Shown in pieces: positions 36,093-44,333 of a DNA stretch of 64,000 nucleotides. Positions within the stretch are counted from its first letter, which is position 1. The number at the start of each line of letters is the position of its first letter. The stretch is from Bacillota bacterium (GTDB lineage Bacteria; Bacillota; Ch66; Ch109), in the NCBI GenBank assembly GCA_013178275.1, contig JABLWZ010000011.1:89422-153421 (forward strand), given 5' to 3'. The notes under the pieces were generated by a model. That model saw only the letters and a list, made by a program, of their open reading frames with translations. It had not been told where the DNA came from and ran no database searches. The translations under genes and the position numbers were made by a program.

Positions 36093-37424
36093 ATGGCTAA
36101 ACCTATTCACGGGACTAACTTAGCGGATTCTCACCTGATCTTAGATTTATGCTTCAGGTGGATAAATAAGCCTCTTTACAATAATGCAATTTATCTCATG
36201 CTGAACAATATTATAACTTGTTTACTCGGTTTTGCTTTTTGGAATATTATGGCCCGGTTTTATACGCCTTCACAGGTAGGTATTGGCGCTTCACTGATCG
36301 CAGCATCAAGCCTCATCGGCATTCTTGCTGAATTGGGATTGAGAATCGGTTTAATCCGGTTTATTCCAGAAAGCAGAGAAAATGCGGGATTGTTGATAAA
36401 CGCTGTTTTTACTATAGCCGGCCTATCATCCATGGTTGGGGGAGTGATTTACCTCGTTGGCATAAAAATCTGGTCGCCGGCGCTCAGCTTTATTCAGGAA
36501 GACATTTGGCTCCTATTATTGTTCTTAATATTTACCATGATGAATTCATTGTCTGGTCTAACTGATAGTTCATTAATAGCGGGTCGGGCATCAAGGTATG
36601 TTTTATTTAAAAATACCCTGGTCTCTATACTCAAGATTCCTCTACCAATTTTTATTTTTACCCACCTTAAAGGTTTTGGAATCTTTGCCGGTAATGGAAT
36701 AAGCATCGCTGTTGCAGTTTTAATTGCCTGGTTATTGTATCTATCTAAGGTGTATAAAGGCTATTTGCCGAAGCCGGTAATAGCAAAGTCTATATTGAAG
36801 AAAGTGCTGCCCTATTCATTTGCAAACTATATGGCGAATATGCTTAACCTGTCTCCACAGTTTATTTACCCGCTGATGGTGCTAAATGTACTTGGTCCAG
36901 AAAATAGCGCGTATTTTTACATTGCTTGGATGATGACGATGGTATTAGTGGTAATCCCAAACGGGGTATCGCAGTCTCTACTGGCTGAGGGTTCCTATAA
37001 CCCGCATAAAATGGGGCGCGATGGGTGCAGTGTGTTGTATCTGTCGCTGGCGTTATCTGTTCCGGCGGTTGCGGCTATGACGGTTATGGCGAGCTGGCTG
37101 CTCCACTTCTTTGGCCCTGGATACGCCGAGTATGGCACCCCGGTGTTTCAGTTTTTAGCACTCGCTATAATACCTCAATGCATAAATACTCTTTATATCA
37201 CGGTGAACCAAATCAGAAAGCAGGTATTCCTTATAATCGCCCAGACTGGTTTTTTAGCGATTGTCGCCATTGGAGTCGGTTACTGGTGGTTTGGCCGCGT
37301 CGGTCTGCCCGGGTTGGGGATGGCTTATTTGCTAGCCCATTCAGTCCTCGCTTTAATCGTTATCAGGCCGCTGCTGAAGGTGCTGAAAGAAAAAAGCAGG
37401 GTTACCGTTCTGGAGCATAACTGA
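36093..37424 (+). CDS. Wzx-like oligosaccharide flippase (MOP superfamily)
   Basis: 443 aa with about 12-14 TM helices, in a polysaccharide gene context. Confidence 0.7.
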   Translation: MAKPIHGTNLADSHLILDLCFRWINKPLYNNAIYLMLNNIITCLLGFAFWNIMARFYTPSQVGIGASLIAASSLIGILAELGLRIGLIRFIPESRENAGLLINAVFTIAGLSSMVGGVIYLVGIKIWSPALSFIQEDIWLLLLFLIFTMMNSLSGLTDSSLIAGRASRYVLFKNTLVSILKIPLPIFIFTHLKGFGIFAGNGISIAVAVLIAWLLYLSKVYKGYLPKPVIAKSILKKVLPYSFANYMANMLNLSPQFIYPLMVLNVLGPENSAYFYIAWMMTMVLVVIPNGVSQSLLAEGSYNPHKMGRDGCSVLYLSLALSVPAVAAMTVMASWLLHFFGPGYAEYGTPVFQFLALAIIPQCINTLYITVNQIRKQVFLIIAQTGFLAIVAIGVGYWWFGRVGLPGLGMAYLLAHSVLALIVIRPLLKVLKEKSRVTVLEHN

Positions 37425-37496
37425 TTGTTCCTGCGATTAAAGTCCAATGTGTAAATTGCATTTAAAACGTCTTCTTATGAAAGGATTATATCTGTT

Positions 37497-38072
37497 ATGT
37501 TGCTATTGGCGCACGTTGGTTTAGCTCTGGGCTTTACCAAAGGTTTGGAAAAGGTCTTGAGCTGCCGGGGCATGAACGACTGTACGGAATTAATAGATTA
37601 CCGGCTTGTCTTTGGGGGTTCCATGCTACCGGACGTGATTGACAAGCCGCTGGGAGGACTTATATTAGGGTCGACGCTTGGAAACGGGCGTATATACTGT
37701 CATACCCTGTTATTTCAACTATTTCTGCTTATTTCAGGCATATATTTATGCTTTAAATACAAGAGGCCAGAACTGTTCGTGGCGGCCGGAGGCAGCGCGA
37801 TTCATTGTATTTTAGATGGTATGTGGTACTTCCCTGAAACTTTCCTATGGCCGGTATACGGTTGGAGTTTTCCGGAAGGAGATCCTGGGAACTGGTTGCG
37901 GCTGTGGGTGAATCTCCTGGCCGACCCCAAGTACTACATCCCGGAAATACTTGGTGGCGCTATTATTATAGTCTTTTTTACAGAGCTGGTTATTCGCAAA
38001 AATTTATACTGTTTTTTGGTAAGTGGAAAAGTGAAAGGCGGTATTACTCCACCGGAAGAGGATGCTGTTTAA
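37497..38072 (+). CDS. membrane-bound metal-dependent hydrolase-like protein (DUF457/YdjM-like, tentative)
   Basis: N-terminal LLLAHVGLALG and LPDVIDKP motifs, several TM helices. Confidence 0.4.
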   Translation: MLLLAHVGLALGFTKGLEKVLSCRGMNDCTELIDYRLVFGGSMLPDVIDKPLGGLILGSTLGNGRIYCHTLLFQLFLLISGIYLCFKYKRPELFVAAGGSAIHCILDGMWYFPETFLWPVYGWSFPEGDPGNWLRLWVNLLADPKYYIPEILGGAIIIVFFTELVIRKNLYCFLVSGKVKGGITPPEEDAV

Positions 38073-38097
38073 TTGTTAGTAACGAAAGGAGGATTAT

Positions 38098-39174
38098 GTG
38101 ATGCCTTTTGCTGTAATCATGGCTGGCGGACGGGGAGAGAGATTTTGGCCGCGTAGCCGAATGGCGGAGCCCAAGCAGTTTTTGAATCTCATCGGTGACA
38201 AGACCATGCTTCAACTCACTATGGAGCGGGTGGAGGGCTTGGCTGAAATATCTGATACATATATAGTGGCGGGTTCGGATTTTAAAGATATCATCATGGA
38301 GCAGGTGCCGCAACTGCCAGAAGAAAATATTATCGTCGAGCCCTTCGGGCGGGATACCGCGGCTGCCATAGGGCTGGCCGCTTTGGTCCTGGAGCGTAAA
38401 GACCCCCGGGAGGTAATGATTGTACTACCGGCGGACCATTATATCGGCGATGTCCCCCGTTTCCAGAAGGTGCTGAAAAGCGCGGTGGCGGCGGCCTGGC
38501 GGGGAGAAAACATAGTGACGCTGGGCATCACTCCGAACCGGCCTGAAACTGGATATGGGTATATTTACCAGGGGGAGTTGTACAATGCCTTTGCCGGCAC
38601 GCCGGCCTACCGGGTTGTCCGTTTCCTGGAAAAACCTAATTACGCGAGGGCTGTAAGATTTCTTTCAATCGGTAATTACCTTTGGAACAGCGGAATGTTT
38701 ATCTGGCGGGTGGATTTGATTCTTCAAATGATTGAAAAACACACCCCGCAACTGGCTCGGGGCCTGAATAAGATTGGGCCGGTTATAGGGACGGAACAAT
38801 ACTTGGCCGTGTTGGGAGAAGTTTACGCGGGGTTGCCCAAAATCTCGGTGGATTACGGTATCCTGGAAAAGGCGGAAAAGGTCCTGGTGATGCGGGGGGA
38901 CTTCGGCTGGGACGATATCGGCTCCTGGGCAGCTCTGGATCGCTACGCAGGAAAGGATGAGCGAGGAAATGTCATTGAGGGTCGGGGGGTTCTGCTGGAC
39001 ACAAGCGATACCTTCATTTATTCCCCTGACAAGACGATTGGTGTAATCGGGGTTGAGAGTTTAATCGTGGTGAACTACCGCGACAGTTTTCTGGTATGCC
39101 GCAAGGACCGGGCCCAGGAGATCAAAAAGGTTGTGCAGGCTTTAAAGGACCAGGGCCTGGATGAAGTGCTGTAA
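38098..39174 (+). CDS. manC: mannose-1-phosphate guanylyltransferase
   Basis: FAVIMAGGRGERFWPRSR..PKQF nucleotidyltransferase loop. LPADHYI. No C-terminal isomerase domain. ATG 38101 is an equally good start. Confidence 0.85.
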   Translation: MMPFAVIMAGGRGERFWPRSRMAEPKQFLNLIGDKTMLQLTMERVEGLAEISDTYIVAGSDFKDIIMEQVPQLPEENIIVEPFGRDTAAAIGLAALVLERKDPREVMIVLPADHYIGDVPRFQKVLKSAVAAAWRGENIVTLGITPNRPETGYGYIYQGELYNAFAGTPAYRVVRFLEKPNYARAVRFLSIGNYLWNSGMFIWRVDLILQMIEKHTPQLARGLNKIGPVIGTEQYLAVLGEVYAGLPKISVDYGILEKAEKVLVMRGDFGWDDIGSWAALDRYAGKDERGNVIEGRGVLLDTSDTFIYSPDKTIGVIGVESLIVVNYRDSFLVCRKDRAQEIKKVVQALKDQGLDEVL

Positions 39175-39211
39175 TGCCAAACGCTATGTAGCTTAAAGGA
39201 GGCATCTCAAC

Positions 39212-40594
39212 ATGGTAACGGTTAATGAACATATTTTTCGCCAGTATGACATCAGGGGCGTAGCTGAACAGGATCTTTCAGATGAGGTAGTAACCCTCCT
39301 GGGTAAAGCCTTTGGGACTGTAGCCTTACAAAGGGGCTTATATAAAGTACTGGTGGGGAGGGATAACCGCCTCAGTTCCGAACGCTTGCGGGACGCCCTG
39401 GTAAAGGGGCTTATGTCCGTTGGATGCGATGTGATTGATATAGGTCTGGTAGTCACGCCGATGCTTTACTACACCAGGATCTACTTTGGCATTAATGCTG
39501 CGGTGATGATTACCGGTAGCCACAACCCACCAGAAGAAAACGGATTTAAAATCGCCCTGGGAGCTGGGACCATCTACGGACATGATATTCAAAAGCTCAA
39601 AGAATTAATGCTGGCCGGGGAGTTTCCATACGGTTCGGGAAGCCTTGGAATGTTAAACTGCATCTTTCCGTACCTAAACATGCTGATAGAAAAAATAAAG
39701 CTTGGTCCACGAAGGTTAAAAGTGGCCGTGGACTGCGGCAACGGTACGGCTGCCTTGTTTGCTGAAAAAATATTACGAAACTGGGGCTGCGAGGTGATAC
39801 CGCTGTATTGTGAATCCGACGGCTGCTTCCCGAACCACCAACCGGACCCGGTAAAGACGGCTAACCTGGTGGAGTTGAAAAAAGCGGTGCTGGAAGAGAA
39901 GGCGGATCTTGGCGTAGCCTTTGACGGTGATGCGGACCGCATCGGGGTGGTGGACGATACCGGGAATGTTATCTGGGGAGATATGCTGATGTGCATTTAC
40001 TGGGAGGAAATCATGCCAAAGCATCCCGGGGCCGAGGCTATCGTCGAAGTGAAGTGTTCCCAGGCTCTGGTGGATGAAGTGGAGCGCCTCGGAGGCAAGC
40101 CTTTCTTCTATAAGACCGGGCACTCCTTGATCAAAGCCAAGATGAAGGAAATTGGGGCGGTCTTCACCGGGGAGATGTCCGGACACATATTTTTTGCAGA
40201 CGAGTTTTTCGGTTTTGACGACGCCTTTTACGCCGCCGGCCGCCTTCTGCGGATCCTCTCCAATTCCGATGTGCCGCTCTCAAAGATGCTCTCGGCTATA
40301 CCAAAGTATTACTCCACGGCTGAAACCAGGATTGCTTGCCCGGACCGGAAAAAATTCAAGGTGGTAAGCGGGCTGGCTGAACGTTTTAAGCGGGAATATC
40401 CCGTGCTTGATGTGGATGGGGCGAGGGTGCTCTTTGGCGACGGGTGGGGCCTGGTACGGGCTTCCAATACCCAACCCGTGCTGGTGGCCCGCTGTGAGGC
40501 AAAAACTGAAGAAGGAGTGCGTCGTATTTGCTCCATTATGAAAGAAGCCCTGAAGGAGTTCCCAGAAGTGGAAGATTTTGAGTGGGAGTATTAA
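39212..40594 (+). CDS. phosphomannomutase/phosphoglucomutase
   Basis: Active-site TGSHNPPEENGFK, metal loop FDGDADR, sugar loop GEMSGH. Confidence 0.9.
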   Translation: MVTVNEHIFRQYDIRGVAEQDLSDEVVTLLGKAFGTVALQRGLYKVLVGRDNRLSSERLRDALVKGLMSVGCDVIDIGLVVTPMLYYTRIYFGINAAVMITGSHNPPEENGFKIALGAGTIYGHDIQKLKELMLAGEFPYGSGSLGMLNCIFPYLNMLIEKIKLGPRRLKVAVDCGNGTAALFAEKILRNWGCEVIPLYCESDGCFPNHQPDPVKTANLVELKKAVLEEKADLGVAFDGDADRIGVVDDTGNVIWGDMLMCIYWEEIMPKHPGAEAIVEVKCSQALVDEVERLGGKPFFYKTGHSLIKAKMKEIGAVFTGEMSGHIFFADEFFGFDDAFYAAGRLLRILSNSDVPLSKMLSAIPKYYSTAETRIACPDRKKFKVVSGLAERFKREYPVLDVDGARVLFGDGWGLVRASNTQPVLVARCEAKTEEGVRRICSIMKEALKEFPEVEDFEWEY

Positions 40595-40662
40595 GCTCCA
40601 TTTGAAATTACATGGTAAGAGGTTGAAAATATAAAACCAATTTGCTTTAAGAGGGGATTCGT

Positions 40663-41802
40663 TTGACCAGGCTGAAAGAATTTGACTACATACGGGCAAT
40701 TTCTATTATCGCGGTAATTATGATTCATATTGGGACTTCAGGTCTTATAGTCCGGTATGGAAATGAGATAACCTTAAAACACCCCATGAGTACATATTAT
40801 ATATATCACCAGGTAACGGCGTTTGCAGTATCGGCGTTTGTTTGCATATCAGGATTAGTTCTTTGCCTGAGATATAAAGATAAATCCTTTAATTACATCA
40901 AATTTATCGGGACACGTATTTGGTATGTAATAATCCCGTTTGCTATATGGACATTGGTGTATTTGAAAGTGAACAACCTGATAACTGCAGAAGAAGGTGG
41001 GAAAGCAAGTCTTCCGTTTGACCAATTAGGCTTTGCCTTGTTAAGTGGAGGATCCTATTATCACATGTATTATATCCCCCTGATTTTTAGCCTTTACCTT
41101 CTATTCCCTCTTTTCAGGTGGTTCGTAAAGAGGTTTAAGTCTCCGTGGTGGCTTTTCTTATTGTTGCTGATCCAGCACTATGCACAAATAAGGTTAAATG
41201 ATGCGTTGTCCCCGGAGGCCTTAAAATTATTCCAGTTCAGATATTTTGTTTTCCTTTTTGCAGCGGGTTGTTATATTGGCGAGTACTACGACGAAGTAAA
41301 AGCATTTATTAACAAACACATTAACGCAGTTGTTGGCCTTGTGAGCGCAGTATTGCTATATAAAATAGTATTTTTCTATTACAGCGTCTTCTACCTGAAA
41401 ACACCTTTCAAGGATGTACCGCAGACCATTACTTTTGACAATAAAATTTACACCCTGCTTATTGTCGCCCTGATAATTTACATCACCCCGCAGGTTAAGA
41501 ACCGGGTTATCGATTTGATTCTCGACCGGTTAGGGAAAAACTCCTTCGGGATATACCTAATTCACCCGCTTATCCTTAAAGGCATTGAAGATATCGTTAA
41601 ACAAAACAAGTGGTTTAGTTTAAGCAGTGAGGCCGTTTTGGGTGTTCTCATAATAATTGTAACTATAAGCTATGCGATATCAGAGCTTGCTAATCTAATT
41701 CCTTATGGTTATCTGCTGGTTGGTAGAAACGACAGGCCGATCGGACCGCCAAAACTACCTAAATTGAATGATATTGTGACTATTGAAGTGATAAAGAAAT
41801 AG
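40663..41802 (+). CDS. acyltransferase family 3 (O-acetyltransferase-like) membrane protein
   Basis: N-terminal FDYIRAISIIAVIMIH motif, about 10 TM helices. Confidence 0.8.
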   Translation: MTRLKEFDYIRAISIIAVIMIHIGTSGLIVRYGNEITLKHPMSTYYIYHQVTAFAVSAFVCISGLVLCLRYKDKSFNYIKFIGTRIWYVIIPFAIWTLVYLKVNNLITAEEGGKASLPFDQLGFALLSGGSYYHMYYIPLIFSLYLLFPLFRWFVKRFKSPWWLFLLLLIQHYAQIRLNDALSPEALKLFQFRYFVFLFAAGCYIGEYYDEVKAFINKHINAVVGLVSAVLLYKIVFFYYSVFYLKTPFKDVPQTITFDNKIYTLLIVALIIYITPQVKNRVIDLILDRLGKNSFGIYLIHPLILKGIEDIVKQNKWFSLSSEAVLGVLIIIVTISYAISELANLIPYGYLLVGRNDRPIGPPKLPKLNDIVTIEVIKK

Positions 41803-41832
41803 ATAATTGTTATAAAAAGTGAGGATAGGGAC

Positions 41833-43020
41833 TTGGCTTTACTGTTCTTTTCCATTCAAAATGCCTTTCGTAAAAAAGCGGTGGCGGCCCTTGCGGTACT
41901 GGGGGTGGCCTTTGGCACCGCGCTCATGACCATCCTTTTTTCCCTCGCCGGGGGAATGGACCACCGGGTGGAAGGCACTTTTAGTGAGCTTGCCAACCGG
42001 GTCACGATTTCCGGCCGGGACGCTATTTTTGGCGGGTTGTATTTAGGTATGGGCACTCGACCGATACCCTCTTCCTATATTGATACCATTAGAAACATAC
42101 CCCATGTGGAAAAGGTCTATTCCCAGGTTTCGGTAGTTATGCGGCCACAGAACATGGACTACGTTATGCCTTTATTTGGCTACGACACGGAAGAAATTCA
42201 TGATCTGGACAACAATCCTTATAACAGAATTATCGAGGGAGCCGCTCCCAGCAATGAAAAGGAGATAATAATTGGAAAAAGTCTGCAGGAATATATGAGT
42301 TTATTAAATTTCCACTATGCAATCGGCAACTCTTATCCTTTTATTATCATGGAGGGAGACCGGGCAAAGGAGCTGGACGTAAAAATTGTGGGTGTCTACC
42401 AGACCGGCAACGAGGTTTTGGACGGGGCCTTCAGCGGTTCTGAAAAATTGGCCAGGGAGATAGGCAAGATACCAGAGGGGAGCGTTTCCGCCATCAACGT
42501 TGCTGTTGACGGGGTGGAGAATGTGGAGTCCACTGCCAAGGCCATTCAGCAAGAGTTATCGGGTAAAAAACCGGAACTGCAGGTGGTGGTGCCGGGAGAG
42601 GTTTTAAATCCGGTCAGAAATATACTTGACGTCTTGGGCAAGTTTTTGATGGCCGTTTCCCTGGTGGCCGTAGTGGCCGGGGGACTGTCCATCATGGTGG
42701 TGATGCTTTTATCCGTGATCAACCGGATGCGCGAGTTCGGCATTCTGAAGGCTCTGGGGTGGACTCCGGCCAATATCGTCTTCATGGTACTGGTGGAGTC
42801 TCTGGCCCTGAGCCTTTTGGGTGCCGCCCTGGGAGTGGCCTTGGGCTGCGCGGGACTTGCCGTGGCCAGGGTTTTAATTGCCGAGGATATCGCCGCCCTG
42901 TCCTGGCAGGTCACGGTCAGCGTGTTAGCGGCCGGTGTTCTGATCGGGGTGGCGGGAGGAATTTACCCGGCCTGGCGTGCGAACAGCGCGGCGCCGGTAA
43001 AGATTCTCAGGGAAATTTAA
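41833..43020 (+). CDS. ABC transporter permease, FtsX/MacB-like
   Basis: N-terminal TM helix, large extracytoplasmic domain, C-terminal 3-TM FtsX module (..REFGILKALGW..). Confidence 0.8.
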   Translation: MALLFFSIQNAFRKKAVAALAVLGVAFGTALMTILFSLAGGMDHRVEGTFSELANRVTISGRDAIFGGLYLGMGTRPIPSSYIDTIRNIPHVEKVYSQVSVVMRPQNMDYVMPLFGYDTEEIHDLDNNPYNRIIEGAAPSNEKEIIIGKSLQEYMSLLNFHYAIGNSYPFIIMEGDRAKELDVKIVGVYQTGNEVLDGAFSGSEKLAREIGKIPEGSVSAINVAVDGVENVESTAKAIQQELSGKKPELQVVVPGEVLNPVRNILDVLGKFLMAVSLVAVVAGGLSIMVVMLLSVINRMREFGILKALGWTPANIVFMVLVESLALSLLGAALGVALGCAGLAVARVLIAEDIAALSWQVTVSVLAAGVLIGVAGGIYPAWRANSAAPVKILREI

Positions 43021-43040
43021 ATCATGGAGGTTTTGCTTGG

Positions 43041-43706
43041 ATGCAGCCGGACGTGTTGATTGCTGTTAAAAATTTGACCAAGGTTTACGGAAAAGGTAAT
43101 CTCGCGGTAAATGTGTTGGATATTAAAAACCTGGAAATCAGGAGGGGGGAACTTGTGGCGCTGATCGGTCCTTCCGGGTGTGGTAAAACCACTCTGCTGA
43201 ACCTTTTGGGTGCCCTGGACCGGCCCACCGCCGGCGACATTTTTTTCGAGGGGAAAAGGATCGCCTTGAAAAGAGAGGCAGCCCTTTGCAGGTTTCGCCG
43301 GGAAAAAATCGGCTTTATCTTCCAGGCCTATCACCTGATTCCCACTTTGAGTGCCCTGAAGAATGTGCTTGCGCCAGCCCTCCCGCTGGGAAACGATTGC
43401 CGGCAGCGAGCGTTGGAGTTATTGCGGCTGGTGAGCCTGGCGGGCAAAGAAGGTCGCCGCCCGGGCGAGCTTTCCGGGGGAGAACAGCAGCGGGTGGCCA
43501 TTGCCCGGGCACTTCTGCTGGATCCGGATTTGATCCTGGCGGACGAGCCTACGGGTAATTTAGACTCGGCTACCGGAGCGGGAATTATGGCTTTGCTGAA
43601 GAAGTTGAACCAACGGGGGAAAACAGTGCTGGTGGCTACCCACGACCAGCGGGTGGCGGAAAATTGCGGTAGGAAAATCAGGATGATGGACGGGCAGGTA
43701 ATCTAA
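43041..43706 (+). CDS. ABC transporter ATP-binding protein (MacB/LolD-like)
   Basis: Start ATG 43041 gives [52 protein letters not shown]. The 282-nt 5' extension in the ORF track overlaps the permease and is rejected. Confidence 0.9.
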   Translation: MQPDVLIAVKNLTKVYGKGNLAVNVLDIKNLEIRRGELVALIGPSGCGKTTLLNLLGALDRPTAGDIFFEGKRIALKREAALCRFRREKIGFIFQAYHLIPTLSALKNVLAPALPLGNDCRQRALELLRLVSLAGKEGRRPGELSGGEQQRVAIARALLLDPDLILADEPTGNLDSATGAGIMALLKKLNQRGKTVLVATHDQRVAENCGRKIRMMDGQVI

Positions 43707-43729
43707 TCCGATTGAGTCATTGTAAATAC

Positions 43730-43792
43730 AGGCATGGTTTTGCAGGAAACAGGCAAGACCTTGCTACTTTTAGGCAAAAATTATAGACAGTC
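43730..43792 (+). promoter_or_regulatory. 21-nt phased direct repeats (site C), candidate LytTR operator plus promoter
   Basis: AGGCATGGTTTTGCAGGAAAC | AGGCAAGACCTTGCTACTTTT | AGGCAAAAATTATAGACAGTC. TAGACA, a 16-nt spacer and TATATT (43806-43811) could form the core promoter. Confidence 0.5.
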
Positions 43793-43946
43793 GTTTTGTA
43801 AGCATTATATTAGTGATAAATAAAGTTTTTAATGTCAACTTTATTTCGAGCGGAAGGTGGAGCAGATATTTACGGCTACCGGCTGGAAAATCGGCTGTAG
43901 ATGCACGGGGAGTCACCCGGCAGCGTTGCTTAAGGGGGGAGAAGCC

Positions 43947-44210
43947 ATGATTTCGACAGTAAGCACTGCAACCTCAACTACCGCGAGTACGGCCACATCC
44001 TTAGTGGCCGGGTTCGGCCTGATTGCCACGATAACCCTGATCGCGCTGCTGATCTCAAAGCAGCTGGCGGGTGCGGCCTCGGTGAATTCACCCGTTTCGG
44101 AACTTACCTTACCGGGCGCACTGGATAGGGTCTTGAATGTTGGTATTATACCACTGGCGATAGTTTTTATCTCCATCGTATTGGTCAAAATTTTAAATGT
44201 CCTCCAATAG
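43947..44210 (+). CDS. small two-TM membrane protein with Ser/Thr/Ala-rich N-terminus
   Basis: ATG 43947 lies behind GGGGGGAGAAG. Sequence begins MISTVSTATSTTASTATS, followed by two hydrophobic helices. The longer GTG 43857 start is not preferred. Confidence 0.5.
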   Translation: MISTVSTATSTTASTATSLVAGFGLIATITLIALLISKQLAGAASVNSPVSELTLPGALDRVLNVGIIPLAIVFISIVLVKILNVLQ

Positions 44211-44257
44211 TGGAAGAATTTTATATGGATTCGGGTTGCGGCAATGGTGAAGATGAT

Positions 44258-44288
44258 AAAAAGCGGCTCATCGTGGTGAGCCGCTTTC
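44258..44288. terminator. bidirectional terminator between convergent genes
   Basis: AAAAGCGGCTCA-tcgtgg-TGAGCCGCTTT. Confidence 0.6.
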
Positions 44289-44333
44289 ATTAATAAAATC
44301 AAGGCTTCCGTCAGCGTAAAAACTTGGTGGAAG

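Noticed and set aside
42759-43040. 5' extension of the ABC ATPase ORF from 42759.
   Set aside because: It overlaps the FtsX-type permease gene in another frame and is Gly/Arg-rich. ATG 43041, behind GGAGG, gives the normal ATPase N-terminus.
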